Notes: a model not told the origin generated them from the sequence alone. A stretch of 64,000 bases of DNA from Thermoplasmatales archaeon (GCA_014361245.1 JACIWB010000002.1:4297-68296), one strand, 5' to 3'; positions 1-9,829 are shown, counted from the first letter of the stretch. Numbers and translations are program-made.

Positions 1-60
1 TATAAGGAAGTAATTATATTAACTGACTGGGATGAAGAGGGATGGAAATTATGCAGAAGA

Positions 61-249
61 ATGGAAGAGAATTTGAAAGGAAGAATAAAATGTGTTACAG
101 ATTATCACTCCCTTTTTTCTCAATTCATAAATTCAAAAAATGTTGAAGGAATGCCAAAATTCATAAAAAATCTGAGGAAAAAAGTTCTGGATAAAAATGT
201 GCATAAAAAACAAGCGAGAAATATGGAAAATAACGATATTGGTGATTAA
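61..249 (+). CDS. hypothetical small basic protein; it may be the tail of a longer gene starting upstream of the window
   Basis: 62-aa ORF with no recognisable motifs; K/N-rich. Confidence 0.2.
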   Translation: MEENLKGRIKCVTDYHSLFSQFINSKNVEGMPKFIKNLRKKVLDKNVHKKQARNMENNDIGD

Positions 250-260
250 TTATTTTGGAG

Positions 261-2000
261 TCATCTTAAAATTAAAAGATAAGCATCCAAACCGTCTTCC
301 CTAACCCTATCCTCATAATACATCTTTACAATGATTTTATTCTTTCCGATTGCATTGCATATTTCCCATTCATAGGGTTTTTCATTATCCTCATATTTTA
401 ATTCATCATTCATATAAAACTCAACTTTATCATAATTTCCTTCAACCTTTACACTCATTTTTCCGATTATAAATGTCTTCCCTATTTTTGCTATCTTTCT
501 TCCCATTATATAAAGATAACCCTCCTCTGGCTCGCTTATCCCTCCGATTTTTATATGGAGTAAAGGAGATTGCCACCATATATTTCCCTTAATTTTTTCA
601 ATTCCGTCGCTCGTATTTAATTCTTCATAATAGCTTTCATTTGTTCTTTCCCATATTACTCTTAAATATGAATTTCCATAAATTTCTTTAGCAACTATAT
701 TTGAATATATTCCATCAACTTTAGCAAAAGCAACTGCATATAAATCATTAGCATTATCTGGTATTTCTATCTCCTCCTCCCAGATTTTTCCGTCCCAGTA
801 TGTCCCTCCTCTATAACTTCCATTATATTCATCATGAACTTTTCCTTTTATTCCATCTGATATATCTGAGAAGCTATAAAAAACATAGGTTTCCTCAACA
901 ACAAGTGCGCCATAAACCTGCCATTCAAGATTAATTTTATCTCCTGTAAAAAATTCGTCATTTAGCCACATTATATATGGCTGGGCAATATCAGTCTGAT
1001 GAAGAGCAATTTTAATTACCTCAGATATATAACCGCTATTTTCATCTCCAAACTGCCTTTCAGGCGGGTCTTTTGTTTTAGACATCTCAGGTGTTATCCA
1101 TAAAATATTACATCTTTCATATTTTCCTTTTACGAACTTCTCTTCCGCCCCGCTGCCTGCCCCATATGCCCATGCAGCTATGCAGCCTGGCGCCTCATAG
1201 CCAACAGTGAGAGGAATTGTGCCAATATTATCCTCATTTAAAGCCCCTCCATATGAGCCAACAAATTCACCGAGGCGAAGAGAAGAGATATGATAAAAAT
1301 AAAAATCAGGTGGCGCGTAATAATATATTTTTCCGGAAGGAGAGATTGCTGAAATCTCTTTATGGGTTGATGCCCATGGGTAGAGAATCATTCTTGCTCC
1401 TCCATGAAAATCAACTCCAACTCTTACTGAATGGTTTTCTATAAAACTGCAAAGTGTTTTCCCATTTATACTGCCCCATAGTTTTGAATTCACACCCTGC
1501 CAGTCATAGTCTGCCTCCCTGTTTAAATCCCATCCGTTTTTATCCCATCTCTGTTTATTATCAAATCCATAGGGATTGTGGCTTATTTCAATATATATTT
1601 CTCTGTTGTCCAGCAGGTTTCTTATCCATTTATCATTTTCATCAATTCTATCCATGAGCCATTTTGTAAACCAGTATAAGCCAACTGTTCCAACTGTTTC
1701 ATCTCCATGAGGACCACCAAGAAACAAAACTTCTGGTTTTAAAAAGCCATTGCTCTCATTTGTTATCCTTACATAATATAAATCATATCCTCCATCGGCT
1801 TTTCCATAGCCAAAAACCTCATTTGCCTTAAAAACCTCAATATATTCAGGATACTTTTCTTCAAGGCTTTTATACCATGAAACAAGCTCTTCATAATTAT
1901 CTGGTTTCTTTTTTTCATAATTTGCTTGCGAAAAACCTGTAATAAATGATATTGATAATAAGATAGCAAGCACAATTCTTAATTTATTTTTTTCAAACAT
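261..2000 (-). CDS. secreted zinc carboxypeptidase (peptidase M14 family) with an extra C-terminal ~65-aa beta-rich module
   Basis: N-terminal signal peptide (MFEKNKLRIVLAILLSISFITGFSQA); M14 zinc-binding HxxE in GGPHGDETVG and the general carboxypeptidase architecture; C-terminal module shared with ORF 37792-40083. Confidence 0.6.
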   Translation of the reverse strand: MFEKNKLRIVLAILLSISFITGFSQANYEKKKPDNYEELVSWYKSLEEKYPEYIEVFKANEVFGYGKADGGYDLYYVRITNESNGFLKPEVLFLGGPHGDETVGTVGLYWFTKWLMDRIDENDKWIRNLLDNREIYIEISHNPYGFDNKQRWDKNGWDLNREADYDWQGVNSKLWGSINGKTLCSFIENHSVRVGVDFHGGARMILYPWASTHKEISAISPSGKIYYYAPPDFYFYHISSLRLGEFVGSYGGALNEDNIGTIPLTVGYEAPGCIAAWAYGAGSGAEEKFVKGKYERCNILWITPEMSKTKDPPERQFGDENSGYISEVIKIALHQTDIAQPYIMWLNDEFFTGDKINLEWQVYGALVVEETYVFYSFSDISDGIKGKVHDEYNGSYRGGTYWDGKIWEEEIEIPDNANDLYAVAFAKVDGIYSNIVAKEIYGNSYLRVIWERTNESYYEELNTSDGIEKIKGNIWWQSPLLHIKIGGISEPEEGYLYIMGRKIAKIGKTFIIGKMSVKVEGNYDKVEFYMNDELKYEDNEKPYEWEICNAIGKNKIIVKMYYEDRVREDGLDAYLLILR

Positions 2001-2055
2001 TTTAACACCATCATGTATATCCTTACGAATAAAAAGCTTTTTCTAGGGTTTGATA

Positions 2056-3051
2056 TTAATATCTCGTGATGAAAGAATTCCTTCTGAGCCATCTGCTATG
2101 ATGAGGATCTTGAGTGCTGAGTTCCTCTTTCAATTCTTTTATTAATTTTGTTTCTATAGGATTAAATTTATCCAAATTTGCTTTATAAACGCTTACATAA
2201 TCCCCCATATAAAGGGAGGATATCATCTTTGTAAAATCCCTCTTTCCTTCAGCAAAATATTCAATTACCTTTGCCTTCTCACCATATCTTTTTTTCATAA
2301 AATCAAATCTTTTTGCCGTTTCCTCATTTTCATTTCCTCTCAAAAATATACAAGTTAAATTCTCCAAATCTCTTTCCCATGCCTCAATTTCATTATGATT
2401 GCATTCACTAACCGAAAAATCAAAGGCAAGCATTTTTGCATTCTCATTGAACTGCTGGCGCCATCTTGTGGCTATGCTTGCCATGCATCCGTAGCCGTAT
2501 ATCAATGCAGTGCCTTCTATTTTTTTTGCAATTTCTTCCGCAATATTTCCTTTTTCATTCATTCTATTTCTTAAAGTCTCCGCTATCTCTATTGCCTCCC
2601 TGTAATTTTGCCTCTCTATGAACCCGTTATTTTCAAGAGTTACCATAAGAGTAAAAAGTAGATAGGCGATAGCAAATCTCGGGGGCAAGCCGGCGGGCAA
2701 AATTATCGAATTTCTCTCCTTTGAAAGAATGCCACCAGATGTTATAACAAGAATTTTACACTTCCTTTTTTTAGCCTCTCTATAGCAAGAAATTACCTCT
2801 GAGGTATTCCCGCTGTAACTCATTGCAATAAATAAAGTGGAGGAATCTGCAAAATATGGGAGCTTATAATCTTTAACAACAATAAATGGAACTTTTGAAA
2901 AATGCTTTATTATCTCCCCACTTATTCCAGAGCCGCCCATTCCGCAGAATATTATCTTGTTTGCATCAAAATAAAAATCGTGGGATTTTGCTATTTTTAT
3001 TGCATCCTTTATTTGTTCCGGAAATGAATTAAGAAGCGATATTGCTTCCAT
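2056..3051 (-). CDS. bifunctional phosphoglucose/phosphomannose isomerase (SIS-domain, archaeal PGI/PMI family)
   Basis: 331 aa; N-terminal SIS motif CGMGGSGISGEI and a second SIS-like half; length and layout typical of archaeal PGI/PMI. Confidence 0.55.
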   Translation of the reverse strand: MEAISLLNSFPEQIKDAIKIAKSHDFYFDANKIIFCGMGGSGISGEIIKHFSKVPFIVVKDYKLPYFADSSTLFIAMSYSGNTSEVISCYREAKKRKCKILVITSGGILSKERNSIILPAGLPPRFAIAYLLFTLMVTLENNGFIERQNYREAIEIAETLRNRMNEKGNIAEEIAKKIEGTALIYGYGCMASIATRWRQQFNENAKMLAFDFSVSECNHNEIEAWERDLENLTCIFLRGNENEETAKRFDFMKKRYGEKAKVIEYFAEGKRDFTKMISSLYMGDYVSVYKANLDKFNPIETKLIKELKEELSTQDPHHSRWLRRNSFITRY

Positions 3052-3064
3052 GATAGTAAAAACT

Positions 3065-3469
3065 TTATTGTATAAAATTGTTTATAACCCCAATACAGGC
3101 ATTAAATATAATATCTATCCTATCCTTATATTTCTCAATTGCTTCAATATTTTCCGAGCCAGGTTGAAACCATATAAATTTTGCCTTTATCTCAATTGCT
3201 TCTCTCAATACTTCCTCTGCATAATCTCTGTTTCTGAAAACATCCACAATATCTATTTCCTCATTTATCTCTTTAAGAGATGAATAAACCTTTCTCCCAA
3301 GAATTTCTTCGTTTGCATATTTAGGATTTACCAGAAATAAATTATGTTTATCAAGTTTTTTTGCAATCTGATAGCTTGCTCTTTCCTCATTTTTTGATAT
3401 ACCCACGATTGCAATATTCTTTGCATTTTTCAAAATTTCAATTATTTTATCAAATTCTTTTATTATCAT
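3065..3469 (-). CDS. CoA-binding domain protein (YccU-like)
   Basis: 134 aa; Rossmann-like NIAIVGISKNEERASYQIAKKL at N-terminus; 4-nt overlap with upstream gene. Confidence 0.5.
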   Translation of the reverse strand: MIIKEFDKIIEILKNAKNIAIVGISKNEERASYQIAKKLDKHNLFLVNPKYANEEILGRKVYSSLKEINEEIDIVDVFRNRDYAEEVLREAIEIKAKFIWFQPGSENIEAIEKYKDRIDIIFNACIGVINNFIQ

Positions 3470-4524
3470 ATTACTCTCATTATCTTCTTTTCTTTATACC
3501 CTATATAAACAGGAATAAAGCCTCGGAGCATTTCATTTACTTCCTCACTTCCAGTATCCACCTTCAAATAATCAATTTTATCTAATTTTTCTTTTGTTGA
3601 AACAACTATTATATTTTCCTTTCCCACTTTTTTTATTATTTCGGCGCTTATCGGCTGGTTTCCTCTTCCAAAAATAAATCCCTGCCCTCCAAGCGGAGAG
3701 ATAACAATTTTTGCCTTTTCTCCTAAAAATCTCTTTATATCTTCCTCCCCCGCATCTTTAAAAATAATCTTTCCATTCTTTATCAAGTCTATACCAAGAA
3801 AAGAGCCATTGCCGATCCTCTTTTTTATTTCCCATGTTGTACTTCCTCCTCCTATTATATATAAAATTTCATTATTCATTTCTTCAATAACCCATGAAGC
3901 GATTTCCTCCTTATCATCTCCATAATAAGTTTCTTTTCCACACTGAATTTTTTTATGGGAGGGAACAATTGCATAGCCAACCATCTTTTTTATTATCTTC
4001 TCTTCTCTAATTGCATCCTCATCTATATCAAATATTTCTCTTTCCTCGAAATTCAATTCATCGATTTCATCGATTATCTCAGCAGCATCTCTCGGAGTTA
4101 GTGCAAATACACCAGAATACATCTTAACCCCAGAGGGAACACCAAGAATTGGAATCGAGGAGCCAACAACTTCATAAATATCTTTTGCAGTTCCATCCCC
4201 TCCAACAAATACTATTATGTCCGCAAGCTCTGAAATTATTTTTGCACTTTTTTTTGTATCCTCAGCTGTTGTCTTTCCTCCTGTTTTATAAACAACACTT
4301 AATTTTTTTCCACTTTTTAAAATAGCATTTTCTCCCATTTCAGATGAGCATGTTATAAATTCATAATCTTTTTTTATATTTGATAAAAATTCAATGGCCC
4401 TCTCTATCGCTATTGGTCTAGCCCCTCTCTTTATTGCTTCCTCGAGATTTCCATCTGTGCCCTTTAAGCCAACTTTTCCTCCCATTCCAGCAATTGGGTT
4501 GATTATAAAACCTATTTTCTTCAT
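3466..4524 (-). CDS. ATP-NAD kinase family protein (COG3199-like; NAD kinase/diacylglycerol kinase catalytic fold)
   Basis: 352 aa; GGDGT motif (IIVFVGGDGTAKDIY); second GGDGT kinase in the window, distinct from the bona fide NADK at 56983. Confidence 0.5.
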   Translation of the reverse strand: MKKIGFIINPIAGMGGKVGLKGTDGNLEEAIKRGARPIAIERAIEFLSNIKKDYEFITCSSEMGENAILKSGKKLSVVYKTGGKTTAEDTKKSAKIISELADIIVFVGGDGTAKDIYEVVGSSIPILGVPSGVKMYSGVFALTPRDAAEIIDEIDELNFEEREIFDIDEDAIREEKIIKKMVGYAIVPSHKKIQCGKETYYGDDKEEIASWVIEEMNNEILYIIGGGSTTWEIKKRIGNGSFLGIDLIKNGKIIFKDAGEEDIKRFLGEKAKIVISPLGGQGFIFGRGNQPISAEIIKKVGKENIIVVSTKEKLDKIDYLKVDTGSEEVNEMLRGFIPVYIGYKEKKIMRVI

Positions 4525-4925
4525 TTGATGGTTTCTATTCTCTCCTGAATGATTTTTTGCATTTTAAAAAGGGATTGTTTTATTTTATCTATTTTTTCCC
4601 TTGTGCTATCAGGCATGCTTTCTACTTCATCCTCTATATGCTCCAAATACCCTCGGCACGCTATCAATGTATTAAGCAAATCATATGAAATTTCTCTTAG
4701 AGGAGTAAGCTCCAGATCTCCTCTTCTCTCTCTTATAAGATGCGTCTGTGGCTCCTTTCTATAATTTATTTTTTCATATAGTTCAAGATAAAGCTGAAGC
4801 GCCTTTACAAGCTCATTTCCTAAAACAGTATGCTTCTTTCCATATTTTTCTTCTACAAACTCCTTAAATTTAAGCCATATTTTTTCCTGTTTATCATCAA
4901 CCCTTACTCCAATCGGCTTGCTCAT
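4521..4925 (-). CDS. hypothetical protein (first gene of the 4925->3065 operon)
   Basis: 134 aa, charged and helical; 4-nt overlap with the downstream kinase-like gene. Confidence 0.35.
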   Translation of the reverse strand: MSKPIGVRVDDKQEKIWLKFKEFVEEKYGKKHTVLGNELVKALQLYLELYEKINYRKEPQTHLIRERRGDLELTPLREISYDLLNTLIACRGYLEHIEDEVESMPDSTREKIDKIKQSLFKMQKIIQERIETIK

Positions 4926-4994
4926 ATTTTGCTAACAATATAAGCAGAATTTAAATATAAGCCTTTTGCAAATCTTTGGTAAAAAGCAAAATCT

Positions 4995-5004
4995 TTATAA
5001 AAAG
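4995..5004 (+). promoter_or_regulatory. putative archaeal TATA box (TTTATAAAAA) giving a long 5' leader for the surface glycoprotein gene
   Basis: AT-rich TATA-like octamer ~90 nt upstream of the start; long leaders are common for S-layer mRNAs. Confidence 0.2.
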
Positions 5005-5081
5005 GAATTGAATTCTACTTGTTTAAAATGGAAAAAGAGAAAAAGTTAAAAAAGGAAAAGCATTTTAGAAAGAAAAATTAA

Positions 5082-5086
5082 GGGGG
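5082..5086 (+). promoter_or_regulatory. Shine-Dalgarno-like GGGGG; its 7-nt spacing fits the ATG at 5094 rather than the one at 5088
   Basis: aagggggaatgaaaATGaat; spacing favours start at 5094 (MNRRNIKK...). Confidence 0.35.
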
Positions 5087-5087
5087 A

Positions 5088-8000
5088 ATGAAAATGAATA
5101 GAAGAAATATTAAAAAAATAGGAAGTTTGGTTGTGGTAGTTGCAATATTAGCGAGCGCGTTGCCAGTTGGAGCACAGGATACAAATCCGCCAGTTACAAC
5201 AGTAACATTTGAGCCAGATTTGCCAGTCTGGGGATGGCATGTAACAAATGTAACAGTAACATTAACTGCAACTGATGATGAGAGTGGGGTAAATGCAACA
5301 TATTACAGAATAAATGAAGGAGATTGGATAACATATACGGCGCCATTTACATTGAGCGCGCCAGGAAAGCATACCATAGAATATTATAGCATCGATAATG
5401 AAGGAAATGAAGAAGAGCCTAAGACGGCATATATTCCAATTGCAAATTTAACTGCATTGCAGGTAACTCCAGCAACCGCAAACTGGAATGAAACAAAAAC
5501 AATTGAAATAAACAATGCGGAGGGAACAGCTTATTTATATGCTCCCCGTGAAACAACACCAAGATATACAACTGCTGGACCAGGCTACATAAGATGGTCA
5601 AATGTATTGCTAAATATAAGTGGAAAATGGTGGATTATTGATATTGTAGATGATAGCAAAGCAAATGCATTTGCAATAGATGTTAAACCCGTTGAGCTTG
5701 TTGTAAATGCGACACCAGATGAAGTTGATTACATAAAGGTAGGGAAGCCAGGATGCTACATAAACATTGAAGGAACAGTTACGATGGCTGGTCAGCCCGC
5801 AACTCAGGCAAAAGTTAAGTTAATTTATCCCGATGGAAGCAGTGAAATCCAGAATGTTACCACAACAGGAAGTTTCTCATTTATAGATAAAAATATAGGG
5901 CAGAAGGGAGCGGGCGCATATAATGTTACTGCATTTATTGGAGATGAAGATTATCCAGATGCATCTGGCTATGATGTTGTAAATGTTAAAACAGTTACTC
6001 CAAATATAAGTGTAGTGGTTAATGATGCAGTTGGTGGATTTGATATAGGAAAAGTGGCATTTGAAGTAACATATCCAGAAGATGGGTTGCAATTGCTTCC
6101 AGGAAGCAACTATAACTTATCCATCTATAAAGGCGGAGAGCTATATGCATGGAGAAATAATACTGGAACAAGCAATGAAACAAAAATTGCATTTACCATA
6201 GATGGAAAATTCCTTAATCTGACATCATCAATGTGGGAATCTGGAAACTATTTGCTTAAAGTGAATGTTGATGTAACAGGAGATGGAAACTGGGAATATG
6301 TTGGCGAAAAAGATTTTGCCATTGCCTCGCCGCCAGCAGTGAACCTAAAGATTTTACAGCCAGTGGATAAAACAATGAATGTTTTGGCACCTGCAGCGAA
6401 TAAACAGCTATTAAGAATTCAGATATTTGGAAGCAATATGACTACTTATGGCACGCCAGAAGCGCTTGGCATAGGAGCAAATAATGAAAATTTAACTGAA
6501 AGAATTAAGATAGAAGGGGATTTGCTTTATTCTCCACCAAAAGATGCGTATAACTATATAGGAAATGGAACATGGGAAATAGATGTATTTCCGATAAAAG
6601 GAAATGGATTTATTTATATAAATATAACATGGCCTGAGAAAGGAGAAGCAAAGGAAACAATAAATATAAGTGATGGAGGAGTTGCAATTGTTACACCAAA
6701 ATCAGTAATAGTAGATACACCTACAGATATTGAAGTGGAGGTTAAGGATAAATATGGAAATCCAGTTGCAAATGCAAATGTAAATATGTATTATGAGGAT
6801 GATCTATACCTTTTGGGTGAGGCTGTTGCAAACGGAAGCATATCAGGAGATGGCTCACCTGGAAAAGGATTGAATGGAAAATACAATTTCACAATTAATT
6901 CAAAATATGCTGGAACTAATATAATAGTTGTAGTGGATTATGTAATAAGCGGAACAGGAACACAATATACATATGCAAGAATTGAATCAAGAGCAGCTCA
7001 TGATTTAAATGTAACTTTTGCTCCATCAAAAGTTCTTGCTGGAGAGAATACCGAATTTACAGTTAATGTAACAAAAGGCGGACAGGCATATTCAGATAGC
7101 TTCGAATTCTACATATTGAATGAAACAGAATTGCAGAAATTGCATGATGGAACACTTGATCTGCCATTGCCAGTATATATAACAAGCAGTGCAAATTCGA
7201 CATTCAAGTATTATATAGAGGAGGCAGGGGATTATTACCTATATGTAAGAACAGCGGATAAGAAGCATGACAATATGCAAAATGAGCCAAGCTTTGAAGT
7301 AACAAAGGCGAAGGTTACTGCAAGCCCAAGTTTGCTTGTAAAAAATGTTGATAAAAATACAACAGTTTCATTCAGTGTTGTATGGAATGAAAAAGCATTG
7401 AACGGAACACTCCGTATAATAGGAATAAGCCCGCAGAACATTACATGGGTAAATGATACAATTGAGATAACAATAACGGATGGAATAGGAAATGTAACAG
7501 AGATAAATGCAACAACAATTGGAAATATAACATTTGAATTCAAACCAGCTACTGAGGGAAGTGTTTTTGCAGAAGCGGAAGGAATGTTAAGGATAACAAC
7601 TCCAACAGTTGAAATACTCGAGCCAGCGGAAAAAGTTGCATTCCTTGCAGAGGAAAATCTGATAACAATAGTTGTAAAGCATCCATTAACAAATGCAGGA
7701 ATTGAAGGACTTAATGTTGAAGTAATTACTCCAATGGGTGCAATAGATGTTGGAGAGACAGATGCAAATGGAAAATTACTATTTGGAATTCTTCCACTTG
7801 AAACAGGAAAAATACATATATATGTTGAAGGAGATGAGGCGGGAAGCATAGATATAGCCATCGGCTTAAAGATAGTTGTTCCAGAACTTGAAAAAGGAAA
7901 GGAAGCAAAAATAACAGTTACAACAAGAGGTGGAAAACCAGTTTCTGGAGCAAAGGTAACAATAGACGGACAGACATTTACAACAGATGCAAATGGAGAG

Positions 8001-8177
8001 ATTAAATTCACACCAGATAAGGAAGGAAACATAACAATAGTTGCAGAGAAAGACGGCTACTACAAGGCAACAAAAACAGCAGAAGTGAAAGCGGGGGCGA
8101 AGGCGCCTGGCTTTGAACTATTGGGCTTTGCAATTGCGATGCTTGCAGCGATAATACTTTTGAGGAGAAGAAGATAA
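5088..8177 (+). CDS. large cell-surface (S-layer-like) glycoprotein with PGF-CTERM archaeosortase sorting signal
   Basis: 1029 aa; Sec signal peptide (RR...VVVVAILASALPVGA/QD); dozens of N-x-S/T sequons; Ig-like repetitive beta-rich body; C-terminus APGFELLGFAIAMLAAIILLRRRR = PGF + TM helix + Arg tail. Confidence 0.75.
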   Translation: MKMNRRNIKKIGSLVVVVAILASALPVGAQDTNPPVTTVTFEPDLPVWGWHVTNVTVTLTATDDESGVNATYYRINEGDWITYTAPFTLSAPGKHTIEYYSIDNEGNEEEPKTAYIPIANLTALQVTPATANWNETKTIEINNAEGTAYLYAPRETTPRYTTAGPGYIRWSNVLLNISGKWWIIDIVDDSKANAFAIDVKPVELVVNATPDEVDYIKVGKPGCYINIEGTVTMAGQPATQAKVKLIYPDGSSEIQNVTTTGSFSFIDKNIGQKGAGAYNVTAFIGDEDYPDASGYDVVNVKTVTPNISVVVNDAVGGFDIGKVAFEVTYPEDGLQLLPGSNYNLSIYKGGELYAWRNNTGTSNETKIAFTIDGKFLNLTSSMWESGNYLLKVNVDVTGDGNWEYVGEKDFAIASPPAVNLKILQPVDKTMNVLAPAANKQLLRIQIFGSNMTTYGTPEALGIGANNENLTERIKIEGDLLYSPPKDAYNYIGNGTWEIDVFPIKGNGFIYINITWPEKGEAKETINISDGGVAIVTPKSVIVDTPTDIEVEVKDKYGNPVANANVNMYYEDDLYLLGEAVANGSISGDGSPGKGLNGKYNFTINSKYAGTNIIVVVDYVISGTGTQYTYARIESRAAHDLNVTFAPSKVLAGENTEFTVNVTKGGQAYSDSFEFYILNETELQKLHDGTLDLPLPVYITSSANSTFKYYIEEAGDYYLYVRTADKKHDNMQNEPSFEVTKAKVTASPSLLVKNVDKNTTVSFSVVWNEKALNGTLRIIGISPQNITWVNDTIEITITDGIGNVTEINATTIGNITFEFKPATEGSVFAEAEGMLRITTPTVEILEPAEKVAFLAEENLITIVVKHPLTNAGIEGLNVEVITPMGAIDVGETDANGKLLFGILPLETGKIHIYVEGDEAGSIDIAIGLKIVVPELEKGKEAKITVTTRGGKPVSGAKVTIDGQTFTTDANGEIKFTPDKEGNITIVAEKDGYYKATKTAEVKAGAKAPGFELLGFAIAMLAAIILLRRRR

Positions 8178-8228
8178 ACCAAACCCCTCTTTCCAAAATA
8201 TTTTAATATCTCTTTTTCTTTTTATCTA

Positions 8229-8546
8229 ATGGTTGATGAAGAAGATGAATTCAGGAAAATAATGAAGGAAATGGGTAAAATATTTGAGGAAGTATTTAAG
8301 GATGTTATGGAACAATTTTCTGGAGAAAAAATTTTTGAAATAAATGAAGATGATAAAAAAATTTATGTAACTGTTGAGCTAAATACAAAAGAGGAAGATA
8401 TAAAAGTTAAGGTATATAAAAATGCGATTGAAATAAGATTAAAAAATGGATGGGCAAAGAAAATTGATTTTCCATGCAAAATCAAGAAAAAAATAAAGAA
8501 AACTTTTAAAAATGGCATTCTTGATTTAGAAATAGAAAAAGCTTAG
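8229..8546 (+). CDS. small heat-shock protein (Hsp20/alpha-crystallin domain), short form
   Basis: 105 aa; core resembles sHSP alpha-crystallin domain (KIYVTVELNTKEEDIKVKVYKNAIEIRL ... GILDLEIEK). Confidence 0.45.
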   Translation: MVDEEDEFRKIMKEMGKIFEEVFKDVMEQFSGEKIFEINEDDKKIYVTVELNTKEEDIKVKVYKNAIEIRLKNGWAKKIDFPCKIKKKIKKTFKNGILDLEIEKA

Positions 8547-9829
8547 ATATATTCTTTTATTTCATCCCTTGCGAATTCTCTTTTTTCTTTTAATTCATTT
8601 AAAAAATTTGAAAGGAGTTCATGGGCATATTTTTTGCATTCTCCACATAAAATTTCTCCATTCCTGCATTTCTCCCTTATATTTAAAATTTCTCCATCGC
8701 TTTCTATAACTCCATAATTGAAAATTTCATATATAATGCATTCCTCCGGTTTCCCCCCATATTTTCTTTGCTCTTCTGCAGAAGTTGCTCCTCCAGTTTT
8801 TGCATTCCATATTTTCTTTTTTAAATCATTTAAGTCATCTGTAAGAAATATTGCGTATTGCGGTCTGCTGCTCGACATTTTATTTCCGTCCAAACCAGTT
8901 ACGAAGCGATGATATGTTGAAGAAGGAAGGATGAAGCCATATCCACCATTTTCTCTCTCTGCTTTAGCAATTTCATATTCAAAAGAAAATATGTCATCAA
9001 TTTTTGCATATATTGCTTTATATCCATCAATTCTCTCTATAACCCTTCCAAAATTATTTACAATTTCTTCAGCAATATCTAAAAATTTTTTGACATTTTC
9101 CTCACCCTTTATAAATATTCCAACCCTATCATCCTCTCTAATTATACTATATATACGATGGGCGCTCGCCACATCCCTGCAAAGCCTTATATGGGGGTCT
9201 TGGTCAATCCCAACAGGAACAAGTGTAGGGCATATTCCACCATATTCATCGAGTTGAACATGCAAAATATCTCCTATTTGAATGAATGGTGCAAAAATAT
9301 GTGCCATGTTTGTTGAACCCTGAAAGCCATAAATTGCATTTATCTGGGAAAAATTTGATTTTTTAGCAAGAAGATATGCCAAATCCTTTACTTCTTCATT
9401 TTTTGATTGAAAATATATTCTGCATGGTTTTAAACCAAGAGCAATGTAATTAAGTATATATTCTTCGATTGCAATTCTTTCTCCTTCTTTAATAGAAATA
9501 TCTCTTGTGGCGTATGCTTCTATATCTGCGACTGCAATACTAATATTTGCTCCTATTGACTGGTAATAAATAACCTGATCTATTACTATTTTATGACCGA
9601 AATGCATTTTCCCAGATGGCATTAATCCAGTTAATATTTTCCATTTCATTCTTCTTTTAATTGCCTCTTTTATGTTATCAAATCCTCTGTGCCCGAAAAC
9701 AATATTTCGGCGGAAGAAAAATGGTGGATGAGGTAAATCCTCCCATAGATTGCCCGAAAATTTTTCTATTCCAAACTTCTCAAATAGCTCATCATATTCA
9801 TATTTCTGCGAGCCCCATGGGTCAATCAT
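8543..9829 (-). CDS. trpS: tryptophanyl-tRNA synthetase (archaeal/eukaryotic type)
   Basis: 428 aa; DPWG...YDELFEKFG...HPPFFFRRNIVFGHRGFD N-terminus matches the eukaryotic/archaeal TrpRS signature; HIGH-like GKMHFGHK; KMSSS; C-terminal Cys cluster CRNGEILCGEC. Confidence 0.85.
   Translation of the reverse strand: MIDPWGSQKYEYDELFEKFGIEKFSGNLWEDLPHPPFFFRRNIVFGHRGFDNIKEAIKRRMKWKILTGLMPSGKMHFGHKIVIDQVIYYQSIGANISIAVADIEAYATRDISIKEGERIAIEEYILNYIALGLKPCRIYFQSKNEEVKDLAYLLAKKSNFSQINAIYGFQGSTNMAHIFAPFIQIGDILHVQLDEYGGICPTLVPVGIDQDPHIRLCRDVASAHRIYSIIREDDRVGIFIKGEENVKKFLDIAEEIVNNFGRVIERIDGYKAIYAKIDDIFSFEYEIAKAERENGGYGFILPSSTYHRFVTGLDGNKMSSSRPQYAIFLTDDLNDLKKKIWNAKTGGATSAEEQRKYGGKPEECIIYEIFNYGVIESDGEILNIREKCRNGEILCGECKKYAHELLSNFLNELKEKREFARDEIKEYI

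Noticed and set aside
7235-8032. 265-aa minus-strand ORF inside the surface glycoprotein gene
   Set aside because: Antisense to a 1029-aa gene that has a clear signal peptide and PGF-CTERM. Ser/Thr/Pro-rich mirror of the sequon-rich coding strand.
8103-8174. C-terminus of the surface protein as an LPXTG/sortase or GPI-type signal
   Set aside because: There is no LPXTG. The PGF tripeptide followed directly by a TM helix and an RRRR tail is the PGF-CTERM/archaeosortase A pattern.
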